This document shows, piece by piece, positions 15,888 to 24,630 of a stretch of DNA of 64,000 nucleotides (position 1 is its first letter; each line of letters starts with the position of its first letter). Location of the stretch: contig JAXMAV010000033.1 of the NCBI GenBank assembly GCA_046350255.1, forward strand, positions 5,587-69,586. Direction: 5' to 3'. Below the pieces are notes generated by a model that searched no databases, had not been told where the DNA came from, and worked only from the letters and a program-made list of their open reading frames with translations. This DNA comes from Gemmataceae bacterium. Lineage in GTDB: Bacteria > Planctomycetota > Planctomycetia > Gemmatales > Gemmataceae. The position numbers and the translations under genes are program-made.

Positions 15888-16483
15888 CCGAAATGCTGAC
15901 GACACTGCATCTGCCCAGGCCGCTGCAGCGGTTGATCGATGCCCGCCTGGACACCATCGATCGGATGTTACTGGGGCGCCTGCCGCGGGCCGACCGCCTC
16001 GCCGTGGTGCGCGAGGTGGAAGCCCAGGTGTATGAATTGCTGGGTGAGCGCCCTGGCCACGAACTGGACCGGGAGGACGTGCTTACGGTGCTGGCGAAGC
16101 TCGACCCGCCGGAGGCTTACATCCCGGAGGAGGGCGTCTTCGAAGCGACCGCCGTGCTGGTGCCAGCGCGGCCAACAAACCGTCCGGGCGGACCGGCAGC
16201 AGAAGGCAGGCCGGCGCTGGTGGTCGGTATCCTCGGGCTGGTGTTGCTGGGGCTGGTGCTGTTGTGGCCGGTCACGCTCCTGCTCTCCCAGGCGGTAGGT
16301 GCCGGCGACAACGGCGTGGCCGTGCAGATGGGCGAGTCGTTGGTGATGTTCGTCGCCGGGGTGCCGGTGTTCGTTCTGTCGGTCATCTGGCGGAAGGGCG
16401 GGGCGTGGGCCGTTGTGGGAATCGTCGCAGGGACGATCGGGGTACTTGCTGGCCTGGCGACGTCTGTACTGCTCATGCTCTAA
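15884..16483 (+). CDS. PadR-associated membrane protein (DUF1700-like N-domain + 3-4 TM helices)
   Basis: ATG at 15884 overlaps the padR stop (ATGA). N-domain 'REVEAQVYELLGER...REDVLTVLAKLDPPEAYIPEE' resembles DUF1700. The C-terminal half is hydrophobic (LVVGILGLVLLGLVLLWPVTLLL, VMFVAGVPVFVLSVIW, AVVGIVAGTIGVLAGLATSVLLML). Confidence 0.7.
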   Translation: MTEMLTTLHLPRPLQRLIDARLDTIDRMLLGRLPRADRLAVVREVEAQVYELLGERPGHELDREDVLTVLAKLDPPEAYIPEEGVFEATAVLVPARPTNRPGGPAAEGRPALVVGILGLVLLGLVLLWPVTLLLSQAVGAGDNGVAVQMGESLVMFVAGVPVFVLSVIWRKGGAWAVVGIVAGTIGVLAGLATSVLLML

Positions 16484-17087
16484 CGTCAGCGAAGCAGGGG
16501 AGAGGGTACAGCGTCCTGCATCCTTAGCCAGGCATGCTGTACCCTATCCACCAATCTCGACTGGTGTTGGTCGAGCTACCCGCCTGCTGGCATCTCACAT
16601 AGACAGCAAGGTCACGTCCAGGTACGACCACCATGAACTGATCGAACTGGCCCAGGAGGTGGACTAACCGCCCCCACTGCTGGGCGGCCAGGAGAGAGCG
16701 GAAGCACCCCCGGAAGCGGATCGTCCGCTGGCGTTCCAGTGACTGCCTGATGATCCCATGGATGCCATTCCCCACCTTTCCCAGACCTGCAATGTCACAC
16801 AACCAGAATCAACGTAAGCCCTTGAGGGGACACACCCAGGTGTTATGGCTCCCCTGGGTGTTTTCTTATCCCACAGAGCTGGCTGTGAGGGCTTGGACCT
16901 GCAGTCTCCTGCTTCACCCGTCGGTGAAATGCCATCACACTCTGGGGAGGTCGTTTCGCCACGGGGTCTGGTTCATCCCTCTCACTTACGCAGTGTTTAG
17001 CGATCTGTTTCAGACATTTCTCGCTCACCCACTCTTCAGGACAGGCCCGATCAGCCTGGGTTTGTCCCCGATGAGAACCAATCTCCA

Positions 17088-18416
17088 TCACGCACCACTG
17101 TGGGCGAGATGCTCTCCCCGGCGGATGCGCGGGATGAGCGGCAACATGAGCAGCACCAGGGCGGCCCCGGCGAGATAGGGTAGCAGGTGAGTGGGGTGTG
17201 CGAAATAGAGCGTCAGGCCAAAGATCGGGCCGAGAATCCGGGCCATGGCCGAGGCCGACTGGTTGACGCCGAGAATCTCGCCCTGACGAGCCGGGTCGGT
17301 GCGGCGAGAGATGAGCGCCTGGGCCGAGGGGGTCAGAAAGGCAAACCCCACCACCGCCAGGGTCAGGCTGACCAGCTGCAGGGTTAACAGCGTGGAGAAA
17401 CTGGCCTCGCCGCCGTGGGCGATCCACGTCACCCCGCCCAGGGCCAGCACACCTAGCCCCATCAGGACGATACCGAAAGCCATCAGGCTAGGTTCTGAAC
17501 GATTGCGGGCCACACGCCGGTAGAAGAAGCCCTGCGTGAGCATCAGCACCAGGCCGACGTAGGCGAAGATGAGGAAGTTATCATCATCCGCCAGATGGAG
17601 CGCGTCGCGATTCAGAAGCGACAGGGTGACCTCGAAGCTGGCAAACCCGAGCGTGGCGAGAAAGAAGGTCAGGATAATGGGCGCGATGGTCGCCGTGGTC
17701 AGCGCCTGCCCAATGGCGTGGAGATCGAGCCAGCTGCGCCGGGCCGACGGTGCCATGGCGAAATCGCGCGTTTCGGGTAGCAGCATCACCCCCAGGAACA
17801 GCGCGACGAACGACAGTGCGGCGGCGGTGTAGCCAATTGCGCCGGGATAATCGCGCGCAAACCGCATGGCGGCCGACCCGACCAGGGGACCGAAGGTGAA
17901 GCCGATACCGAACGCGGCGCCGATCAGGGCCATGCCCTGCTTCCGCTTGTCGGGAGGGGTGCAGTCGGCAATGACGGCCTGGGCGGTGGCAATGGTGGCC
18001 CCAGCGATGCCCGCACCGATGCGGGCGACGAATAACAGTGTCAGCGCCATCTGGGCCGAGCTGACACCCTCGGCAGGCAGGTCGAGCGCGTAGCCAAATA
18101 GCAGGTAAAACACCACCGAACCGGCCAGGCCGATCAGCAGGATGGGCCGCCGACCGAATCGATCGCTCAGGCGTCCCCAGACGGGGGCGAAGAAGAACTG
18201 CATGGCCGAGAACGACGCCATGAGCAGGCCGACGAGTGCCCCGCCGGTGCCACTGTCGCCGCTGCCGGGGAAGATCACCTCGACGTAGGCCTTGCCGAAC
18301 CGCGGCAACAACGGCAGGACGATGCCGAACCCGAGCAGATCGATGACGACCACCAGAAAGACGATGATCAACGCGGACCGGGAAGAAGTCGAGGAGGGCG
18401 GGGTGGGTTCGGCCAT
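17088..18416 (-). CDS. MFS transporter (TetA/TCR-like drug:H+ antiporter type)
   Basis: MFS motif A 'GRLSDRFGRRPILLIGL' and about 12 hydrophobic segments. Start moved to ATG 18416 (MAEPTPP...), which has AAGGA about 8 nt upstream; the track start is 18449. Confidence 0.85.
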   Translation of the reverse strand: MAEPTPPSSTSSRSALIIVFLVVVIDLLGFGIVLPLLPRFGKAYVEVIFPGSGDSGTGGALVGLLMASFSAMQFFFAPVWGRLSDRFGRRPILLIGLAGSVVFYLLFGYALDLPAEGVSSAQMALTLLFVARIGAGIAGATIATAQAVIADCTPPDKRKQGMALIGAAFGIGFTFGPLVGSAAMRFARDYPGAIGYTAAALSFVALFLGVMLLPETRDFAMAPSARRSWLDLHAIGQALTTATIAPIILTFFLATLGFASFEVTLSLLNRDALHLADDDNFLIFAYVGLVLMLTQGFFYRRVARNRSEPSLMAFGIVLMGLGVLALGGVTWIAHGGEASFSTLLTLQLVSLTLAVVGFAFLTPSAQALISRRTDPARQGEILGVNQSASAMARILGPIFGLTLYFAHPTHLLPYLAGAALVLLMLPLIPRIRRGEHLAHSGA

Positions 18417-18617
18417 GGTCGATCCTTGAAAACCTGGGTGCTTCCCCACGTTATACGTTCATCCGACCTGGCTCGACAGGGTGCCGCGATCACTACGACC
18501 GGCAAGGTCCTCCGGAAATGCCCCTCTCGCACGAGAGTGCCGCCAACGATTACTTGACCCAACCTGCACGATCGTTCATGCTTAGGGGACCGTGTCCCAG
18601 ATAGAGGATGAGGAGCC

Positions 18618-19499
18618 ATGGTGAATAGCATCAGCGCAGACATTCTGAGCCGAAGAGCGGCCAAGTCAGCGCAGGGTGCCCAGCCAAAAACCTCGTTCCT
18701 GATATTCGACACCGAGAGTGTGCCGGATGGCCAGCTCATCGCCCGGGTCAAGTACCCCGACGAGACACTGACGCCGCAGGAAGCGATCGATCGGGCCCAG
18801 CAAGAAGCGCGGGAACTCTCGCGCGATGGCTCTGACTTTCTCCCGGTCACCTTCCAGGTGCCGGTCGCGGTGTGCGTGCTTCGCGTGGCCAGCGACTGGT
18901 CGATTCAGGCGCTGACCTGCCTGGATGCTCCCGCGTTTCGCACCGGGGAAATCGTGCGCCAGTTCTGGCGCGGAGTGGCCTACTACAACGAGTGTCGGCT
19001 AGTCACCTTTAACGGCCGCGGCTTCGATCTACCCCTGATGGAGCTGGCCGCCTTCGACCATGGCTGCCAGGCGCGCGATTACTTCCAGCGCAGCCGCAAC
19101 CGCTTCCAGGGCATGCATATCGATCTCATGGACTGGTTGTCCAACTTCGGCGCGTGTCGGCTAACCGGCGGTCTGAGCATGCTCGCCCAGCGCATCGGCG
19201 GCGGGCATCCCGTCGGATGTGGCAAACTGGGCATCTCCGGCCAGCTGGTCTACGACATGTACCGGCAGGGCCGCATCCAGGAGATCAACGATTACTGCAT
19301 GTTCGACACCATCGACACCTACTTCGTCTTCCTTCGCACGCGCGTGATGGTTGGCGAGATCACCATCGAGGAGGAGGCGCAGATCGCCCGCAAGGCCCGC
19401 CTGTGGCTAGGGATGCGCCTGCCGACGCTGCCCGCACTCTCGACCTATCTCGACACCTGGGATCGTATTCGTGGCCAGGTGAAGGGTGCTGATCTCTGA
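18618..19499 (+). CDS. Predicted 3'-5' exonuclease, PolB-exonuclease-like (RNase H fold)
   Basis: 'FLIFDTESVPDG' (Exo I-like DxE) and 'VTFNGRGFDLPLMELAAF' are typical of the stand-alone PolB-exo-like family. RBS GAGGatGAGGAgccATG. Confidence 0.65.
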   Translation: MVNSISADILSRRAAKSAQGAQPKTSFLIFDTESVPDGQLIARVKYPDETLTPQEAIDRAQQEARELSRDGSDFLPVTFQVPVAVCVLRVASDWSIQALTCLDAPAFRTGEIVRQFWRGVAYYNECRLVTFNGRGFDLPLMELAAFDHGCQARDYFQRSRNRFQGMHIDLMDWLSNFGACRLTGGLSMLAQRIGGGHPVGCGKLGISGQLVYDMYRQGRIQEINDYCMFDTIDTYFVFLRTRVMVGEITIEEEAQIARKARLWLGMRLPTLPALSTYLDTWDRIRGQVKGADL

Positions 19500-19511
19500 A
19501 GGCAAGCTGGT

Positions 19512-20525
19512 TCAGGCCTTCCAGAAACTGACCAGCGCGTGGCGGAGGAAGTAGGCGAAGCCGGCCAGTTCTCCCCGGGCGCGAGCGACGACCCGTTCGC
19601 GGCCCCGGAGATGGCCCCAGCCCAGCCGAATCAGCTGTCCCGTCAGACGCAATGGTAGATCGAGCGTGAACGCCAGCTTGTAGAGCAGCAGCGCCAGCCG
19701 ACTGGCGCCTCCCTGGCGTACACTCCGGGTGATGCCCACCAGCGTGTGAGCTGTGGCGAACCCCGCGTGAAGGCGGCTGGAGACGCGCCCCAGGTGCAGG
19801 ATCTCGATCCCGGGGTGATAGATTACGCGATGGCTCCGGGCGACCCGGGTACACAAGTCGATGTCTTCGCCTCCGAAGGTGTAGCCCTCGTCCCATCCCC
19901 CGACCTGGCGATACAGGCGGCGCGGCATGAGTAGTGCCGCCCCCATGAGCACCTCGACAGCGCGCGGCTGCTCGCCGCCTTCTTCGCGGCCCCGGTAACG
20001 GGAATAGGCCCGGCGAAAAAGGCCCGTCCAGCGCAACAGGGCCAGGCGATGCATCAAAGCAGCGACAGAAGGTCGGCAACGTGCCGAGCACTGGATACGC
20101 CCCTTGCCGTCGCGCAGGCGCGGGCCGATCAGGCCAGCATCCGGCTGTTCCCTCGAGAAGCGGACGAGGCGTGCCAGAGTCTCCCGGGGCAATACGGTGT
20201 CGTTGTTGAGGAAGAAGAGGTAGCGCCCCCGGGCCAGACGGGCAGCCTGGTTGCATCCCCGGGCGAAGCCGACATTGGTCGGGTTGCGCACCAGGCGCAC
20301 GCGGGGAAACTCGCGGGCCACCATCTCTGGAGCGCCATCGGATGAATGATTGTCGATGACGATGATTTCGAGACGCACGCGCTGACGCCGGGGCCGCAGC
20401 GAACGCAGGCAATTGCGCAGCTCAGCCTGGCAGTTCCAGTTCACGATGCAGACCGACACCAACGGCCGCCGGGTCGCTCGGGGACGTGGCGGTGAAGCGG
20501 GCAGCTTCTGCGGGAGTGCATCCAT
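19512..20525 (-). CDS. Family 2 glycosyltransferase
   Basis: 'VSVCIVNWNCQAELRNCLRSL', 'IIVIDNHSSDGAPEMV', 'NVGFARGCNQAARLARGRYLFFLNNDTV'. The track start (20771) lies inside the upstream methyltransferase gene. I prefer ATG 20525 (MDALPQKL...); 20537 is also possible. Confidence 0.8.
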   Translation of the reverse strand: MDALPQKLPASPPRPRATRRPLVSVCIVNWNCQAELRNCLRSLRPRRQRVRLEIIVIDNHSSDGAPEMVAREFPRVRLVRNPTNVGFARGCNQAARLARGRYLFFLNNDTVLPRETLARLVRFSREQPDAGLIGPRLRDGKGRIQCSARCRPSVAALMHRLALLRWTGLFRRAYSRYRGREEGGEQPRAVEVLMGAALLMPRRLYRQVGGWDEGYTFGGEDIDLCTRVARSHRVIYHPGIEILHLGRVSSRLHAGFATAHTLVGITRSVRQGGASRLALLLYKLAFTLDLPLRLTGQLIRLGWGHLRGRERVVARARGELAGFAYFLRHALVSFWKA

Positions 20526-21234
20526 GGGTGGAACCATCCTTGTTCGTGGCCGAACTCCGCAGCGGTCCGACGACCTCCAGGGTCCAGCTCTCGCGTTGCA
20601 GCCAGGGAGCGAAGGGACGACGACCACATAGCACGCGGCCGAGCTGATAGCGGAGCTTCCGCAACGGCGCGAGCGGTTCGCGGGCGTGGAGCCGAAGCAG
20701 TTGGCGGTAACGATCAACCTGCTCGGGGGTGGGCCCGGGATGATCGTCGCCCAGCGCCAGTGCCCAGACATTGGCCGGACGATCGGGTGGGCCCTGCGCG
20801 CCGATCAGGCAGGTGCGATACGGTTCGAGCAGTACCTTGAACGCCTCAGGGGTGAAGCGCCAGTAATCGCTGGGATAGTTGTGGATGTGGAAGTGGAACG
20901 GACACGACACCAGAAAGGCGCCATCGGGACGCAACACCCGGCGCACCTCGTCGAAGCCGTGCCAGAACTGCCGGACATGCTCGAAGGTGGACATGGCGAT
21001 GACCGTGCCCACCGAGGCGGTGGCGAAGGGGAGTCGTTCGACCGAGCCAACGCGATCGACACCGGGCCCGGCCCGCAGGTCGAGTCCGATGTAGTGTTTC
21101 CCGGGGAAGTAGCCGCGCAGGTCGATCAGCGATTCCTGGCCCGGCACCTGGAACGACCCCACCTCGAGAATGGGAGCAGGCAGGGTGAAGCTCTCGAAGG
21201 TGGCCCGCGCAACTCCGTGCAGAAAGCGGTTCAT
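20422..21234 (-). CDS. Class I SAM-dependent methyltransferase
   Basis: 'ILEVGSF...YIGLDLRAGPGVD' (motif I), 'GTVIAMSTFEHV', 'VLRPDGAFLV'. Start set at ATG 21234 (MNRFLHG...) with GAAGGAG 7 nt upstream. The last ~34 codons overlap the GT2 start. Confidence 0.75.
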   Translation of the reverse strand: MNRFLHGVARATFESFTLPAPILEVGSFQVPGQESLIDLRGYFPGKHYIGLDLRAGPGVDRVGSVERLPFATASVGTVIAMSTFEHVRQFWHGFDEVRRVLRPDGAFLVSCPFHFHIHNYPSDYWRFTPEAFKVLLEPYRTCLIGAQGPPDRPANVWALALGDDHPGPTPEQVDRYRQLLRLHAREPLAPLRKLRYQLGRVLCGRRPFAPWLQRESWTLEVVGPLRSSATNKDGSTHGCTPAEAARFTATSPSDPAAVGVGLHRELELPG

Positions 21235-21416
21235 GGCGCGCTCCTTCGCGGTCATGGAAGCCGGGGCGGGATGGCAGCCCTGGGAAACTTCAGTACCATG
21301 GGGCAAGCCTGGGAGTCAATGCGGACCAGGGTAGACAGGCGGGCGCCAGGGGCCAGCTTCCGTACAATGCTCGCAGTGTCGCCGCATCCTTCCTCCCCGG
21401 ACTCAGCCACACCATC

Positions 21417-22307
21417 ATGACCAGGGCGCTACGTGATCGAGCCTCGGACTATTTCCGCGACCTGCAGGACCGCATCGTGGATGGCCTGCAGCGGCTGGAT
21501 GGCACCGCTTTCCACGAGGATACCTGGGACCGGCCAGGCGGGGGGGGCGGTCGTTCGCGCGTGCTGATGGAAGGCCAGCTGTTCGAGAAGGCCGGGGTCA
21601 ACTTCTCCAACGTGCATGGCGAGATGAGCGAGGAGTTCGCGAAAAACATCCCCGGCGAGGGGCGACAGTTCACCGCGTGCGGCATCTCGCTGGTGCTGCA
21701 TCCGCGCAACCCGTTCGTGCCGACGGTTCACGCCAACTTCCGGTGTCTGACCAAGGGCGACCGGCAATGGTTCGGAGGTGGGGCCGACCTGACCCCGTTC
21801 TATCCCTTCCGCGACGATGTCATCCACTTCCATCGGGTGTGGAAGCAGGTCTGCGACCGCCATGCGACAGTGGCCGATCATGCTCGGTTCAAGAAATGGT
21901 GCGACGATTACTTCTTCCTGCCTCACCGGGGCGAGGCGCGAGGTGTGGGCGGCATCTTCTTCGACTACCTGGAGAAGGACCTGGAGGCAACGTTCGATTT
22001 CGTCCGCGATGCCGGCGATCACTTTCTCGACGCCTACGTCCCCATCGCCGAGCGTCGGCGCAACGAGCCGTACAGCCCCGAGCAAAAGGAGTTCCAGGAG
22101 TATCGCCGGGGACGTTACGTCGAGTTCAACCTGGTCTACGACCGAGGAACGGTGTTCGGGCTGAAGACCGGCGGCCGGATCGAGTCGATCCTGATGTCTC
22201 TGCCCGCGAAAGCACGCTGGTGGTACGACTACAAGGCATCTCCAGGCACGCGCGAGGCGGAGCTGACGGAATACTGGCTGCGCCCGCGCGACTGGCTCGG
22301 CGAGTAA
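21417..22307 (+). CDS. hemF: Oxygen-dependent coproporphyrinogen III oxidase
   Basis: 'FHEDTWDRPGGGGGRSRVLMEG.LFEKAGVNFS.VHGEM', 'GISLVLHPRNPFVPTVHANFR', 'WFGGGADLTPFYP'. Confidence 0.9.
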   Translation: MTRALRDRASDYFRDLQDRIVDGLQRLDGTAFHEDTWDRPGGGGGRSRVLMEGQLFEKAGVNFSNVHGEMSEEFAKNIPGEGRQFTACGISLVLHPRNPFVPTVHANFRCLTKGDRQWFGGGADLTPFYPFRDDVIHFHRVWKQVCDRHATVADHARFKKWCDDYFFLPHRGEARGVGGIFFDYLEKDLEATFDFVRDAGDHFLDAYVPIAERRRNEPYSPEQKEFQEYRRGRYVEFNLVYDRGTVFGLKTGGRIESILMSLPAKARWWYDYKASPGTREAELTEYWLRPRDWLGE

Positions 22308-22316
22308 GGCGCGGGG

Positions 22317-22694
22317 CTAGTCGAGGTTCAGATCGCAGACGTTGGTGCGAGAAGCCTTGACCTCGAACCGCTGCTCGGACAGTTCGGGATCGCGGAAATG
22401 GTGCGGGAGCTTGTCGGCCTGAGCAGCCGACACGGTGATACGGTGCCAGCCAGGCGAGGCGCCGGGACGGCCTTCGGTCTGGAGGTAATAGGTGCCATCG
22501 TCACCGATGCGCGCCCACGACTGTTGCCCAGTGCCTCCGCGCTCGGGGTCGGGAGTGAAGACGATGGTGCCCCCGGCCACGGGTTGGCCCTTGTGGAAGA
22601 CGCGGCCCTGTACGGGTGCGAGCTTGCCACCATTCCGACCACAGCCTGCCAGAAGCAGCAAGGCGAACAGCAATAGACCGCGCAGTTGCAGCAT
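22317..22694 (-). CDS. Small lipoprotein, carboxypeptidase-regulatory-like beta-sandwich
   Basis: Lipobox LLLLAGC, then 'LAPVQGRVFHKGQPVAGGTIVFTP'. Paralogue of 38671-39129. Confidence 0.7.
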   Translation of the reverse strand: MLQLRGLLLFALLLLAGCGRNGGKLAPVQGRVFHKGQPVAGGTIVFTPDPERGGTGQQSWARIGDDGTYYLQTEGRPGASPGWHRITVSAAQADKLPHHFRDPELSEQRFEVKASRTNVCDLNLD

Positions 22695-22944
22695 GAACCT
22701 TCTCGTGCCTACCCCCCCGTTAGCTGTGTGAGGCTGGAGGGATCATACCTGGGGGGAGCAAGGAGGTGCAACCGGACTGTCGGGTTCGGCTTGACCGCGC
22801 CGGGCAGCGCGGGTAGAACCCAACCCTCGCACGGGGACAGAACCCTGGAACGGACGAGGTTCCCTGCCGGTAGTCTGGGAGGCCAGCGCGTGAAGGGCGA
22901 AACGGATTCGCCCCGACCGCCAAGCGAGACGACCGGCCATCTCT

Positions 22945-23598
22945 ATGAGGGAGAACCGAACAGTGAAGAGGACGGTGATGGTAATGGCGGGCGTGATGGC
23001 CCTCGGAATCGCCATCTATGCCAGCAACAAGCTCTGGGCTCAGGCGCCGGCCAGCACGGCCACGGCGGTCAAGACCCGGGTGGGCCTGCTCAACCTGACC
23101 TACGTGATCAAGAACTACAGCAAGTTCAAGAACTTCCAGGAAGAGCTGAAGAAGACGATGGAGCCGTTCCAGGCCAAGGACTCTGGTCTGAAGGCCGAGG
23201 GCGACAAGATCGCCAAGGACGCTCAGACCCCGAACGCCACCGCCGAGAAGCGCGAGCAGATCGAGCGGAAGCTCAAGGACATTCAGCGCGCGATCGAGGA
23301 TAACAAGGTCGAAGCGCAGAAGGTTCTCATGAAGAAGAACGAGGAACAGCTCAAGATCGTGTACATGGACGTGCGCAGCGTCGTCGATCGCTACGCCCAG
23401 GCGCACGGCTTCGAGATGGTGCTCCATTACAACGACGCGGTGACGCAGGAAGAGTACTGGAGCCCTCAGAACATCCTGCGCAAGATGCAGGCGGGGGCCC
23501 TGATGCCGATGTACATCGCCAACGGCCTGGACATCAGCGCCAACATCGTCAGCACGCTGAATAGCTCGGCGGGGGCCTCGCCGGCTCCGGCTCGCTAA
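22945..23598 (+). CDS. skp: OmpH/Skp family periplasmic chaperone
   Basis: Signal/anchor 'VMVMAGVMALGIAIYASNKLWAQ', then a long charged coiled region: 'VGLLNLTYVIKNYSKFKNFQEELKK...KREQIERKLKDIQRAIED...'. Located immediately upstream of lpxC. Confidence 0.7.
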   Translation: MRENRTVKRTVMVMAGVMALGIAIYASNKLWAQAPASTATAVKTRVGLLNLTYVIKNYSKFKNFQEELKKTMEPFQAKDSGLKAEGDKIAKDAQTPNATAEKREQIERKLKDIQRAIEDNKVEAQKVLMKKNEEQLKIVYMDVRSVVDRYAQAHGFEMVLHYNDAVTQEEYWSPQNILRKMQAGALMPMYIANGLDISANIVSTLNSSAGASPAPAR

Positions 23599-23614
23599 GG
23601 TGTCGCGATCCTCG

Positions 23615-23660
23615 GCCGGATCGCCCTGCCCGGGTGCGGGCGATCCGGCTTTGCTTTGTT
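23615..23660 (+). terminator. Intrinsic terminator after skp
   Basis: Perfect 12-bp stem GCCGGATCGCCC / GGGCGATCCGGC (23615-26 and 23638-49), 11-nt loop, then TTTGCTTTGTT. Confidence 0.7.
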
Positions 23661-23696
23661 CCCACCCTACCCCTCGCCTCGGAAGGACCTGTCATC

Positions 23697-24587
23697 GTGA
23701 GAAGGCTCAGCATCCGTTCCCAGCGAACCATCAAGCGTCCTGCTGAAGTCCGTGGCGTGGGATTTCTCACCGGTGCAGTGAGCCGTATCCGCTTTTTGCC
23801 GGCCCCGCCTTCCAGCGGGGTTGTGTTCGTGCGTACCGACCTGCCGAATCGACCGCGCATTCCAGCCCTGGTCCATCAGGTCACCGGCACTAGCCGCCGC
23901 ACCACTCTGGGCCGTGCGCCGGTACAGGTCACCCTGGTCGAACACGTCCTTGCCAGTCTCGCTGGCCTCCGGATCGATAACTGCATCCTCGAGATCGACT
24001 CGGTCGAGCCGCCGGGGTTGGATGGATCGGCCCAGGCCTTTGTCGAGGCGCTGGTGGAAGCCGGTGTTCAGGATCAACCCGCGCGACGCAGCGCCTGGGC
24101 GGTCACCAAACCGGTTACCGTTAGCGCGGGCAACGCCACGCTGACGCTGCACCCCCCGGCCGAGGACCAGATGCCCGGCCTCACCATGACCTACCTGCTC
24201 GACTATGGCAACCTGTCCCCGATCATCAAGCAAATCGCCACGTTCCGGATCGTCCCAGGAACCTTCCACCACCAGCTAAGCAATTGCCGCACGTTCCTCC
24301 TTGAAAGTGAGGCCGAGCAGCTTCGCCGCCAGGGACTTGGCGCCCGGATCACCCCCGCTGACTTGCTCGTCTTCGGCCCGCGCGGTCCCATCGACAATCA
24401 CCTGCGCTTCGCCAACGAGCCGGCCCGGCACAAGATGCTGGACATGGTCGGCGATCTCTCGCTGCTAGGCGCCGACCTGTGGGGTCACCTGGTCGCCTGC
24501 CGTTCTGGCCATCCGCTCAACGTCGAACTAACGCGCACCCTGCATCACCTGTTGACTGGCGTCATGGGCCGCACGGTCGCGGCCTGA
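23697..24587 (+). CDS. lpxC: UDP-3-O-acyl-N-acetylglucosamine deacetylase
   Basis: 'RSQRTIKRPAEVRGVGFLTG..SRIRFLPAP..SGVVFVR.DL', 'VEHVLASLAGLRIDNCILEIDS.EPPGLDGSA..FV'. Start moved to in-frame GTG 23697 (GGAAGGA 9 nt upstream) because the track start 23634 lies inside the skp terminator. Confidence 0.85.
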   Translation: MRRLSIRSQRTIKRPAEVRGVGFLTGAVSRIRFLPAPPSSGVVFVRTDLPNRPRIPALVHQVTGTSRRTTLGRAPVQVTLVEHVLASLAGLRIDNCILEIDSVEPPGLDGSAQAFVEALVEAGVQDQPARRSAWAVTKPVTVSAGNATLTLHPPAEDQMPGLTMTYLLDYGNLSPIIKQIATFRIVPGTFHHQLSNCRTFLLESEAEQLRRQGLGARITPADLLVFGPRGPIDNHLRFANEPARHKMLDMVGDLSLLGADLWGHLVACRSGHPLNVELTRTLHHLLTGVMGRTVAA

Positions 24588-24630
24588 CTGGATTACTGAT
24601 TCCTTCGCCTCTCTGTGTGAGGACCTGGTC

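Noticed and set aside
16524-16802. Possible IS5-family transposase C-terminal remnant ('LERQRTIRFRGCFRSLL') on the minus strand
   Set aside because: The similarity is short and weak, and I found no inverted repeats. I kept it only as a remark within the island finding.
19360-20412. 350-aa minus-strand ORF overlapping the GT2 gene in another frame
   Set aside because: Its product is Pro/Arg/Gly-rich junk. The GT2 frame carries the diagnostic glycosyltransferase motifs.
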